From Eledone cirrhosa (taxonomy: Eukaryota), in the NCBI GenBank assembly GCA_964016885.1, contig OZ024741.1:362142001-362206000 (forward strand): a DNA stretch of 64,000 nt, written 5' to 3'. Both the position numbers and the translations under genes were made by a program. Below are positions 50,368-64,000 of the stretch, piece by piece; the stretch's first letter is position 1, and every line of letters begins with the position of its first letter. Under the pieces are notes generated by a model. That model worked only from the letters and a program-made list of their open reading frames with translations. It did no database searches and was not told the origin of the DNA.

Positions 50368-52302
50368 ATCCTAATTTGTCTTGCGGTACGCAATAAAAAA
50401 AAACAACAGCCTTCTCTCTGTTTTTCCAGTAGCTTTGTTTTCGAGAAAGTTTTTTTTTTTTTTTTTTTTTAATCAGATCTCAGTTTCCAGTGCCGAAATA
50501 GCTTGTGGTTAGAAAAAGCTATCTCATTTACCGCTTTTCATAGGCGTCGCTAAATCCCATGGCTGGTTTCTCCTCTTCCACGTGCGTCCAACTCATTAAC
50601 ACCCGGGAGCTGCCAAACTCGCGTCCACACCGTTCCTGGTCACCACTAGAGAGAGCCCGATCTGCTGACCCTTCCGGTCGAGTACCCTTCCGGTCAAGCA
50701 CTCTTGCGGTCGAGCACTCCCCAGCTTCCGGCCACCGCACACCACACCATACCCACAAGGACTGAGGACAGATGCCTTTCTCTCCGGACAACAACTCATT
50801 CCCTTCTTTAGGTACCACTTTAGAAGGAGAATCAGAGTGAAGAGAGAGGCACTGCACCCCAGTAAATTTACTGAAAGGTGGGTGAACGTAGCAAAAATGG
50901 CCCGAGTGATTGGGCCTTCTCTGTATATAAACCTGTAGGTTAAAGATGAGAGCAAAAGGAGGAAAGGAGCACTTGTACAACACGCTCCTAAAGTTGGGGG
51001 TTGTTCTATCTACGGAGTATTAAACAACCCATTTGTAACGCCTCCCCCCTATTGGGGATTTCGATTGTTAAATTTGTTTGTTTCAATATTTTTACACGAC
51101 TGAATGTAAAATCCCCGGCATGTCTCTTTGTATTGTCCCCTTTTCTTGTTCACCCTTGTGGCAAATAAAGAAATATATCTATCTATCGATCTATCTATCT
51201 ATCTATCTATTTATCTACTCATCCATCTACCCACCCACACGCCCATCCGCCTACCTACCTACCTTGGGCAAGTGTCTCCCACTATAGCTTTGGGTTGTCC
51301 CATATCTTGTCAGTGAAAGTTGGATGCTAAAAATTTTGTCTGCCCATCGTATATATATATATATAATTGTTTCTACATTTGGCACAAGGCCAGCAAAACC
51401 CAGTGCATTACTGGTACTTTATTTTATCGATCCCGTAAGGATGAAAGGCAGAGTTAACCTCGGCGAGATTTGAACTCCGTCCGTAAAGGGACGTAACTCT
51501 ATACTGGAAAGCATGGCGTCTGACTCTCTCCCGATAGTCTTTGTTTATGTTTATGTTTGTATTTATATCTCGTAACTTGGTGGTTCGACAAAAAAGGTAA
51601 AATATGTGCCTACCTTGAAAAAAGTAAGTACCCAGGTCGATACCGGGTCTAAGGCCACTGCTCTTTTCAACAACGTCAAATAACAACGCCATGTATATAT
51701 ATATATATATATATGTTAATTTTATTGCTCATTTTTTGTCGATTCTATTGAGTGATGAATAGCTTTTGTTTTATTTTAACATGTCTATTGAGCACTCTTA
51801 TTCGATATGTGTATTTCCACATTCCCTCGAATAGTTTTCGCGGATGTAGAGGTTATCTCCCTTGTCTAATGCCATGTGCGTTTTTCACTGGTGGTTTGCC
51901 CCTTATCCGCTAGGAAAAAAGCTCGTTGAGAAAGTAAACTCCGTTCCTCTTGCTCTAGTAGGCTTTTATATTTATATGTGAGCTGATAGAGTACAGTCTA
52001 AGGATTTACAGAAACCCAAGAAGCTAGATTTAACACCTTTCTAGTGGGTCCGGGTATGATTTTACATTCATTTAAATTATTGATGTATTGTTTTATTGAT
52101 ATTTTTTATCTGTTTGTCCCGAATCTTCTATTATCGATTTTTTATCGTATGGTTGATTGTAGACTTGTTCTATATGTGACGGTATTTTAACGATAGTTAT
52201 AGCTCTGATTCATCTGAATTATTGAGCCCTCTGCCGCTCATTTCGAATTTTGTTTATCGTGAACTCGTGCGCCGATTTTTCGATACTCGATCTTTCTAAT
52301 AT

Positions 52303-54611
<2,309 letters not shown>

Positions 54612-54814
54612 GTGGTTGCCTAAACACTGTACGGCATGATTCGGGCTGTTTGTTTGTTTACAAACAAACCGAGCATTATAATAAATGTTCGGTAAACCGA
54701 TACGTGCATATATATATATATGTGTGCATGTATGTATATATATACATACTACTGTACGTCTGTATACATATATGTATGTACGTATACATACAGACTTATA
54801 TATATATATATATA

Positions 54815-55080
54815 TTCTAGGGCGGGTAAAATTCCATGGACGAGTTCTCTCCAGCGGTCTCTGTCCCTCATTATCGCTGCCATGTCCTGCGTCTCCAACA
54901 GACCAGTGTCTGTCATTAGGGCATCAACATACGTTAACCTTGGTCTTCTTCTTCCGGTGTGTCCATGTAGGGGCTCCCACCGGAGCACTGAGTGCAATGT
55001 CAACTCTGGATGTCGGTGAGCATGTCCAGCTAACCTCAGTCTCCGCTGAGTCACTTTTGAGCTGACTTTTGGGAGGCTTC
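54815..55080 (-). mobile_element. RTE-type LINE 3' fragment
   Basis: RRLRLAGH...W.P..G...GRRRPRLTYVD...DRDRWR C-terminal motif. Confidence 0.8.
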
Positions 55081-55315
55081 CATATATATATATATATATA
55101 TATTTCGTTTCTGAATTTGTTTAGCAAGATTCTTTATCTGAAATCGTGTATTGAAACCGATATTGTTATACTTTGGGAGGGTCATGTTGCCAATAAGAAA
55201 CACACGCACCAGTTGCTTTCATTTCAATTTATTATAATAAATTTATAATAAATTTATAAATTTATAAATTTCTGGTTGGTTGGTTGGTTCCACAACCAGA
55301 TAGTTGTTTATATAT

Positions 55316-55360
55316 AGTCATAGTTCTTTCGTCACACACTCTGTGACCTCTTCAGTGACT
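55316..55360 (-). ncRNA. Minimal type I hammerhead ribozyme motif (distinct family)
   Basis: AGTCA-CTGAAGA-G-GTCAC-agagtgt-GTGAC-GAAA-G-aa-C-TA-TGACT: perfect 5-bp stems I and II, intact core, CUA triplet. Confidence 0.75.
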
Positions 55361-56113
55361 GGGGATTCCTTTCTTTGTTTCTGTGCCTCTCCTTTGTTCT
55401 GTCCTACGCCATTTTGTTTCTGTGTGTGTGTTGTGTGCTCAGTCTAAAAACAATCAATCTGTGAACGCAGAAATAAATATTTCGAAAAACGTTGCAACCG
55501 AAGGAAAACAGGAAGACGATACTTTGGTTCGTAAAGACGTTCCCTGGCAATGACCGGAAAAAAGCAAAGATAATACGTGAGCAATGAGAACAATATTTGC
55601 TCTAGGGTTCTTATATATTTGATATATATTCATCCTCATCGAGCCCTCTTTGGATTTTAGTCTTCACAATTATTATTATTACTAATTATATATATATACG
55701 ATAGCTAATAAGCTTGAAACTAGTACAGCGTTCCTTTGTCAGTGTTGAACAAACGAGCAACGATAGTTGCTAGACACTATGGCTTAATACGGGATGTTTG
55801 TTTACAAACACACCGAGCATTACAATAAATGTTCGGTGAATCCATACGTACATATATATATGTGTGCAGGTATGTATATATATATATATACATACTACTG
55901 TACGTCTGTATGCATATATGTATGTACGTGTACATACTTATATTTAAGTAACAGCCGTACTAAGAGTGGGAAATGAAATTTCGTTTCATTTTTTCCGTTT
56001 ATCGTTTTCGGTGCACCTGGCCGATTAACCCACTCGATATGCAAATTGTGCTACTCAGCCGTTAATATGCATAAGGTAAGTATATACGTTCAACAATCTG
56101 GCAGGAAGGTATG

Positions 56114-56154
56114 CGTTGCTGAAGATAGCTAATAAGCTTGAAACTAGTACAGCG
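56114..56154 (+). ncRNA. Type I hammerhead motif, unit 2 (predicted cleavage after A56149)
   Basis: CGTTG-CTGAAGA-tAGCT-aata-AGCTt-GAAA-C-ta-G-TA-CAGCG. Confidence 0.75.
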
Positions 56155-56545
56155 TTCCTTTGTCAGTGTTGAACAAACGAGCAACGATGGTTGCTAGACA
56201 CTATGGCTTAATACGGGATGTTTGTTTACAAACACACCGAGCATTACAATAAATGTTCGGTGAATCCATACGTACATATATATATATGTGTGCAGGTATG
56301 TATATATATATATATATATATACATACTACTGTACGTCTGTATGCATATATGTATGTACGTGTACATACTTATATTTAAGTAACAGCCGTACTAAGAGTG
56401 GGAAATGAAATTTCGTTTCATTTTTTCCGTTTATCGTTTTCGGTGCACCTGGCCGATTAACCCACTCGATATGCAAATTGGGCTACTCAGCCGTTAATAT
56501 GCATAAGGTAAGTATATACGTTCAACAATCTGGCAGGAAGGTATG

Positions 56546-56586
56546 CGTTGCTGACGATAGCTAATAAGCTTGAAACTAGTACAGCG
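56546..56586 (+). ncRNA. Type I hammerhead motif, unit 3 (predicted cleavage after A56581)
   Basis: CGTTG-CTGACGA-tAGCT-aata-AGCTt-GAAA-C-ta-G-TA-CAGCG. Confidence 0.75.
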
Positions 56587-57116
56587 TTCCTTTGTCAGTG
56601 TTGAACAAACGAGCAACGATGGTTGCTAGACACTATAGCTTAATACGGGATGTTTGTTTACAAACACACCGAGCATTACAATAAATGTTCGGTGAATCCA
56701 TACGTACATATATATATGTGTGCAGGTATGTATATATATATATATATACATACTACTGTACGTCTGTATGCATATATGTATGTACGTGTACATACTTATA
56801 TTTAAGTAACAGCCGTACTAAGAGTGGGAAATGAAATTTCGTTTCATTTTTTCCGTTTATATATATATATATATATAGTAATAATAATAAATTTGAAGAA
56901 TAAAATCCAAAGAGGGCTCGATAAGGATAAATATATATCAAATATATAAGAACCTTAGAGCAAATATTTATTAAAATAACAGATTAAAGTTTAAGCAAAG
57001 AATCGCTGCTTTCACCCTTAACGGGATCTTCTGAAACTAACAAAGTCAATCTGCGAACGCAGAAGTGAATATTTCAAAAAACGTTGCATCCGGAGGAAGA
57101 CAGGAAGACGATACTT

Positions 57117-57402
57117 TGGTTCGTGGAAACGTTCCCTGGCAAAGAACGGGAAAAAACGAATATAATACGTCATTATTTGGAGCGGTGAAAAACAATTACA
57201 CGCAAAGACAAAACCACGTTTATGGTATAAAAGAAGTCGTAGACTAATATTCTCTTAGGTGGTTCATAGAAACGTTCTCTGGCAATGAATGGAAAAAACG
57301 AAGATAATACGTCATATGTGGACCGTGGAGAACAATTGCACGCAAAGACAAAACCACGTAAATGGTATAACTGAAGTGGTAGACTAAAATTCTAACTAGG
57401 AA
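57117..57402. repeat. Two diverged tandem copies of a ~143-bp unit within an interspersed repeat (family also at 415-530, 705-820, 55454-55590)
   Basis: tggttc...gaaacgttc.ctggcaa...cacgcaaagacaaaaccacgt...gtagactaa.attct repeated twice. Confidence 0.8.
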
Positions 57403-58111
57403 ACCGAATGATTCTCGGCTTCAGAGTTAAGAATAAAGTAAATAAAATACAGAGGTAATTAAAATTAAATAAATACATACATGCATCCAAATACGTACAT
57501 ACACAAGCATACGCGAAAAGACTCGCCATAGGTATACAAATACACGCACATATAAATATGTGTGTGTGTGTGCGTGTGTATACAAATAATTAAATAAACG
57601 TATATAAATAAATAAATACGTATACAACAAGCGCGCACACATACCTACATGTAAATACACATATGTTCGGAGACGTACGTCAACCAAAACACGAAGTACA
57701 CATATACACACACCCTACATACGTACGAACCCGCATACTCACACAGACGCAAAACTCACGTATACACATAACCAAAAGCATATGTACCAGAATATATAAA
57801 ATATACGCCATAACATATACAATCAAGTATACGTACGAGAAAGTATACGTACTTTCACAAAACATACAGGTAATATATACTTACCTATGCAAATAAGTAA
57901 TGGTATAAACATAACATATACTTAGCTACCACATCAAGACGTAAAATATCCGCGTATAGATCGTACTATCCGTTAGGGTATAATGTGGGGCTGTAATACA
58001 GGAAAGTTTTGTGCAATTTATGTTTACAAGCCGAAATTGCCTCAGATTTTTTGTTCAAGATGTGGTCTGTGGTCTGCAACGATTCTTTGCTTAAACTTTA
58101 ATCTTATTTTA

Positions 58112-58169
<58 letters not shown>

Positions 58170-58353
58170 ATACTTTGGGAGGGTCATGTTGCCAATAAGA
58201 AACACACGCACCAGTTGCTTTCACTTCAATTTATTATATATTTATAAATTTATAAATCTACATTTCCCATTTTGGCATGGAGCTCCCATGCGTGCATGTC
58301 AACTCACATCGTCCCAAGCACACACGCACAGGCACACCCAGGTGCATCCCCTA

Positions 58354-58429
<76 letters not shown>

Positions 58430-59189
58430 GACGCATACAAAAGTCAGCTCAGACATGTACAGACATGTACAAAAAAATAAATTACTAATAATAATTAAAT
58501 AGATGTGTAGTTTCCATGTACATTAGTGCGGGAGATTGCATACGAAACCCTACAATATACACCAGAATGGGAACTGCATTCCATGCCATGCAAAACTGTT
58601 GTTCTGTATCCCCCCTCCGACTACCGTCAATGTCTCATGAAATATAAAGAAACAAAAGGAAAAAACTGTTTACTGTCATAGTATCGGAGGATTTTCGTGA
58701 CAGACGATGGCATGCAGGCGGATATGCTGAACTTCTTAGATACGATGCGCATGCGCTACATTTGCATTACCCCTAGTGTCGATACCAAACACAACATTAA
58801 TAATGATAATGATTTCTACTATAGGCACAAGGCCAGCAATTATGGGAGAGGGAAAAGTCGCTTAAATCGACACCAGTGCGGGATTTGTATTCAAGCATCA
58901 ATAATTATAATAATTGTTTCTACTTTTGGCACAAGGCCAGCAATTACCCAGTGCATTACTGGTACTTTATTTTATCGACCCCGTAAGGATGAAAGGCAAA
59001 GTTAACCTCGGCGGGATTTGAACTCAGAATGGCAAGGGCCGTAACTCTATGCGTCAAAGCATGGCGTCCGACCCTCTACCGATACTGCCAATCCACCTAA
59101 TAATGAGGGAGAAACTTCATAAATAATATAGATAATATTTAATACATTAAAAGTAAATTAAGACACCTTTTTATTGAATTGGTTGACAT

Positions 59190-59590
59190 CATTAATAGGA
59201 AAGATGTGTATGATGAGCATCAGCAAAGATATTGGTATTTGGTTGGAGATTGGTGAATTTTAGTCGTAAGTCACCGCGCTCCTCCATGTTCATTCTGCTT
59301 TGTTAGAGTGGCATTTGCGTGGCTAAGACCAGCTTCAACCATTTACGAACTTGGGAATGCAAGTAAAAATGGCTCAACCCTTAAACTAAGCTTGGAGTAT
59401 TTAATAGCTCCAATTGTCACTGAAGCTTTTACTTCTGAACAATGATTTAGCTTTGAGATCCACACTCATATCAACGAGTTCCTCTTCTAAGTGAGATTCA
59501 ATGTCTACATTTTCTATTTCCAATCCAGTCGGGTACGTGCATTTTCTCCAGGTCATTAAAACGAACTTTAAAGTCTTCCCTTAATATTTC
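59190..59590 (-). pseudogene. hAT (Buster/Charlie-like) transposase C-terminal remnant
   Basis: Minus-strand fragments FKVRFNDL, LLAFPSS*MVEAG and GDLRLKFTNLQPN resemble the hAT dimerization domain. Confidence 0.65.
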
Positions 59591-59597
59591 GTGGCAC

Positions 59598-59628
<31 letters not shown>

Positions 59629-59935
59629 ATGCATGTATGGTCTCGTAACTCCTAATAGAGTCGTAAGGCGTTTTGGGGGCATTTTAAGCCGGGCAGAGCC
59701 CACCCCTCTCCAGGTTTGAGAACAGCAGATTTCTTCCAGAGAAAGATAGAAAGTGAGAGAGAGGAAATGAAAAAGAGATATAGAGGAACTTTTTTTTTAT
59801 CGATTTCAAAAGGATGAAAGGCAAAGTTGACCTCAGCGGGATTTGAACTCAGAGAGCAAGAGAGCCGGAACGAATACCATAAGTTTCTATCCGACGCTCT
59901 AACCATTCTGCTAATTAGCCCCCTATGGCGCTTTA

Positions 59936-60746
59936 TCTAATATATATTTGTGAAATGGGCGGTGGTTGAAATTCAAATGTGCACGGTTAAATTGTAGTAG
60001 ACGTGGTCGGACTGACATGAAAATTTACACACCTATGTAAAAGCTACCAAGGAAGCAAATAGACGAGGTTTCAAATCTCTAACTTGAAAAATGTGGTCCC
60101 TGGGGCCCCAAAACTATCGCGTTTGGTGAGTTATTTCCCCTTGTTCTAATACTTTTGTCTTATTTACAATTTCATACAAATTTTTAAACTCATCAACGTT
60201 CTTTCGCTGTTAACATACAGTACCAATAATTTGAAAAATATTATTGAAAGTTTATTATAAAGAAGCAGTTTCAGGAAAAAGTGTAAACTATCATACAAAC
60301 CTTCATAATATGCATTTTCAAACTTGCATATCATCGACATTGCTATTTCGCTGTTAATAAACTATCATCCTTCTACATTTAACGATCATACAGTACCGTT
60401 TTATGAAATCGATTCTGCAGTACGGTTACTGTTTTCCATCAAAAGAAATAAAACCCTTAAATTGCGAAGAAGGGACGCGTGGTTTTATTTTAATTCTAAT
60501 ACATGTTAACCACCACTAAGAGTAAGTAGTATTTTTCAAATTGCATATCATCGACATTGCTATTTCGTTGTTAATAAACAACTCTTTTCACGTCGCTCCA
60601 CTTCTCATTGTACGCCGTCCAGCCCCAAGTGCATATTTCTATTTTTTTTCCTGAAACTGCTTCTTTATAATAAACTTTCAATAATATTTTTCAAATTATT
60701 AACTTAATAAAAAGTGGCTCCGGGTGCAACCGGGCTCAGCTGCTAG
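59936..60746 (+). mobile_element. Non-autonomous Helitron-like element
   Basis: Candidate A|TC start, subterminal hairpin ccgggtgcaaccgg, CTAG|T end; internal 56-bp perfect inverted repeat and ~48-bp direct repeat. Confidence 0.55.
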
Positions 60747-61479
60747 TATATATATATATATATATCCAAATCACCGTCTGAAATGTTTTCATCTTGTTTG
60801 AAAAATATTTAAAATCTTTGCGTGCCAATGAAGATTTAAATAGCCCTATTTCGACTTGAAAGTCTATTAGTATTTTTCGGCCTTGAATAATTGTAACGTC
60901 TTTACATTATTTCTTATACAAATGTCAGCATTGGATTCCAAAAGTTCAATCGACACCTGGCTTTATCGATCCCCTTTTGACCTCCAGGCATTTAACGAAC
61001 CATTGAAGAGCCTCATTGACTCCAGAGATCGATATAGACCACTTTCGAGACCCTGTTCTATATAGTGTTTCTGTATATTCATCAATACCTTTTATACAGT
61101 ATATCAATAAATTAGGTTGTTGTTTTTTTAATTCTTTAAATAACATTTCAAGAGATTTTTACCAGTCTTTAGTTTTTCTCCACAAAGCAAATAACTCTGG
61201 GCTTATCTCTCATTACTATCTCGCCTTAAGTTCCACTGTTTTAATTCTTATCCTATACCAGCCAGGATATCAACTAACTTAATATTAATACTTGAAATTG
61301 CAGGAATGATGCAACATTGTAGCAAAGGCTTGAAAAACTACGAAGAAATGCTGGGAAGACGTTGGAAAATATTAGCCTGAATTAAAATAGCTGTTTTATA
61401 GTTTGTTTTTTTTTGTTATTTTCGAGTAGGTGTATATAGTACCCTATATATTCGCGTATAATACACACTTCTGTTACAG

Positions 61480-62160
61480 ATGATGTTTAAACATTAAAAT
61501 CGTGGGTGCTTCGGAGAGTGGTAGGTCCTGGAGTGTGGTGACAACAGTGGAAGGACGTGAGGGAGTGAAAGTGGCGGACGCGGAGGGGTAAAGGTGGTTA
61601 GGCAAAACGTGTGCAGATTCAGTGGTGGGGAGAGGGAGTGGGTGGTGGGTGATGGGATAGTGGGGTTAGGGCTGGAGGTGAAATGAGTATGGGTGGTGAC
61701 AGAAGGGAGGGGGGTGAAGTTTGTTGTTTTTGATGGAAGTGAGGAAATTGAAGAGGAGGAGATTGAGGTAAAGGATGAATTGGATAAGGGATTGGGTGAA
61801 GAGTGGGTGGCAAGTGGAGGAGAGATTGAGGTAGGCCTTGGGGAGATCTCGGTCGAGAGAACGGATTTGGGCGAGAGTAGATCGGATAGTCGCCCGCATG
61901 AGCTGGTAAGATGGGAGCGGGTAAGGATGGGCTCAGTGGTGGTGGTGGGAGTAAGAGGTGGAAACCTCGGAGAATGAGGTGGTGGTGGTGGAGACAGCGA
62001 CTTAAAAATGTGATGTGACTGTTGTATTTTGTTTTGATGAAGATGAGGTTAGAGAGATGCATGGATGATTGGATGTATATAGGAGGGAGAGGTTGGAGGA
62101 AGCGTTTGAGAGTGGAATGGAGCTGGTGGAGAAAAGATTTGAGATTGGGCATGTTGAAGG
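61480..62160 (-). mobile_element. Penelope-like element 5' ORF fragment (N-terminal region)
   Basis: SHITFLSRCL...RGF and K..KL N-terminal motifs; C/T-rich coding strand like the other PLE pieces. Confidence 0.6.
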
Positions 62161-62594
62161 TACTAAGAGAAAAATAGATGGGTGAGAAGAAGAAGGTTGT
62201 TTAAGAAGATTATAGTAGAGGAAAAGTGATAGAGAGTCGTGGTATATTTAAATAACTGTTTCTACTTTTGGCACAAGGCCAGCAATTACCCAGTACATTA
62301 CTGGTACTTTATTTTATCGACCCCGTAAGGATGAAAGGCAAAGTTAACCTCGACGGGATTTAAACTCAGACCGTAAAGGGACGTAACTATGCTAGAAAGC
62401 ATGGCGTCCAACTCTTTACTGATACTGCCAATTCACCGCCCTATATTTAAATAATGCAAGCAAAGAAAATGTCAGTGATACGAAAGGATTTCCTGGTGGA
62501 AGTTCAGGTAAACTCCGGGTGTATATCCAGTTTCAGAGTGAAAATCCAATTCGAAAATCCAACGAATTTGAGAGGTCCACGTAATATATATGTA

Positions 62595-63095
62595 TGTAAA
62601 AGGTAAACAGAAATAACAACACCATCGGTACAGTATATGGAAGGATTATTTTAGGTTAACGCTTGAAATAGCAGGAAGAGGGTCTTAACCTTTCGGTCGC
62701 TAGTCCTTCACCAGAAGAAAGAATGAGAAATTAAATAGATTGAAGGGACGGGCGGGGGAGAACTGGAAAAAGATGTCTTTAGATAAAAATACCAGGTCCA
62801 TTCATGTTGCCATCTCTTGGAAAACTGTTGATGCTGGCGTTTTGTGTATGATATATTTTTTTTAGAAAAGTGGATGATGGGGCGCGTCTACCTCAAATGG
62901 AAAAAAAAACCGTTTTGTATAAAGAGCTATAGTTTTGCGCGTGCGCGTGTGTGTAAATATGTGCGTGAATATGTGTGCGTGCGTGTGTGTGTGTGTGTTA
63001 TACGTCCGTACGAAGCTAAGAGGATATGTGTACGTATATGTAAGTAAAAGAGTGTGTGGCTGCTTGTAAGTACGAAGCTATGAGCAAAAATATGT
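62595..63095 (-). mobile_element. Inverted PLE pseudo-LTR/3' UTR with degenerate hammerhead (62683-62718)
   Basis: High similarity to 31125-31590. Confidence 0.85.
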
Positions 63096-63134
63096 TAATA
63101 TAAGGGTGTATGTGTGTGCATGTATATATCGTTT

Positions 63135-63790
63135 CCGCGTGCAACTGCCCCAGCGAGATCATCTCCGAATAACTAGATACCATCCTCGCCACGTTAGTCG
63201 TCACCCCCCCCCCCCCTCCTACATCCATGATACCACTCATGTCCTTAGACTCTTTAACCCCTTCTCCTTCTCTCCTGACCCCTCTCGCCTTCTCTTCACC
63301 CTGGACATCACCTCTCTCTATTCCGTCATCCCTCGTGATGACGGCCTCCGTGCTCTCTGACACTTTTTAGACTAACGCCCTACCCCTCACCCCAGCACTA
63401 CCACTCTTCTCCGTCTGGCTGAGCTTGTTTTGACCCTTAATAGCTTTCCTTTTCTGATGAATTCTATCAGCAGGTCTCTGTGGGTAGCGATGGGAGCCAG
63501 AATGGGACTAAACTATGCCAACTTGTTTGTTAGCCAAGTCGAAGCCCAGATCTTCTCCCAGTACGCTGGACCTACTTCTGAGCTATACGGTCATTATATC
63601 GACGACTGTATCGGCGTCACCTCTCTATCACGTGAACAGCTCGACTGCTTTCTATCTTTTGTCAAATCTGTTCATCCCGCTTTCACCTTCGCCGCCTCCG
63701 TCTCTGATTCTTCTGTCCCTTTTCTCGATATCTACCAATCACTCTCACCACATTCTCTCTACTTCCATCTTCTATAAACCCCATAAAACC
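63135..63790 (+). pseudogene. Penelope-like reverse transcriptase fragment
   Basis: SYIHDTTH, LFTLDITSLYSVIP, AMG..MG.NYANLF, YIDDC and PFLDI motifs, with stops and frameshifts. Confidence 0.9.
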
Positions 63791-64000
63791 ACTGTTGCTC
63801 TGATCTTTAGGGCAAGTGCCCTATCCCAGTTGTACTCCTCCAATCTACAAGCTTACATTCATAGCGGGCCCATTCACTCGGGCCATGCTCGCTTCTCTCA
63901 CCCACCTTTAAACAAATTGGTTTGAAGGCAGCACTTCTCCCTCTACCCTTATTTTCCTCCTCAAGTGGAATTATTCAGGGCTTCTCCAAATAGGAAAGTG

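Larger units (their letters stand above)
46554..50757 (-). mobile_element. Full-length but degraded Gypsy/Ty3 LTR retrotransposon
   Basis: LTRs 46554-46823 and 50504-50757 (TGTGG...CCACA); 5-bp TSD AGGAC; PPT aggggggcg; domain order gag-PR-RT-RH-IN. Confidence 0.95.
55698..56859 (+). mobile_element. Tandem array (~2.7 copies) of a 424-432-bp hammerhead-containing unit; candidate non-LTR retrozyme
   Basis: Near-identical units restarting at ~55700, 56124 and 56556; flanked by (TA)n; no coding capacity. Confidence 0.85.

Noticed and set aside
46578-50374. Plus-strand and alternative-frame ORFs overlapping the Gypsy element
   Set aside because: Shadow ORFs of the GC-rich gag/pol sequence.
60880-61400. 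Possible coding remnant on the minus strand
   Set aside because: Only short ORFs with no motif I could recognise.

Overview
Repeat-rich, AT-rich animal genomic DNA. The tRNA-derived SINE families and pervasive (TA)n/(CA)n tracts suggest a cephalopod (octopus-like) genome; this is an inference. One intact host gene is visible: a 3-exon, + strand ADP-ribosylation-factor-family small GTPase (19829-19913, 33169-33342, 37492-37799; 188 aa; MGxxxS myristoylation motif). The rest is mobile or repetitive DNA: an ~8.6-kb 40-bp minisatellite (source of the spurious 2,600-3,000-aa ORFs), smaller higher-order minisatellites, degraded Helitron, CRE-like, RTE, R4-like, hAT and Penelope-like elements, several MITEs, a Gypsy LTR element with a 5-bp TSD, and a non-coding LTR element with a tRNA-Trp PBS. 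The most notable signal is a set of minimal type I hammerhead ribozyme motifs. These include a tandem array of ~424-432-bp units, each carrying a hammerhead motif (the first 5'-truncated), at 55698-56859, which resembles a non-LTR retrozyme. A second copy of that family forms a large fold-back palindrome inside the ARF intron, and further hammerheads lie in Penelope-like termini. Boundaries of degraded elements are approximate.
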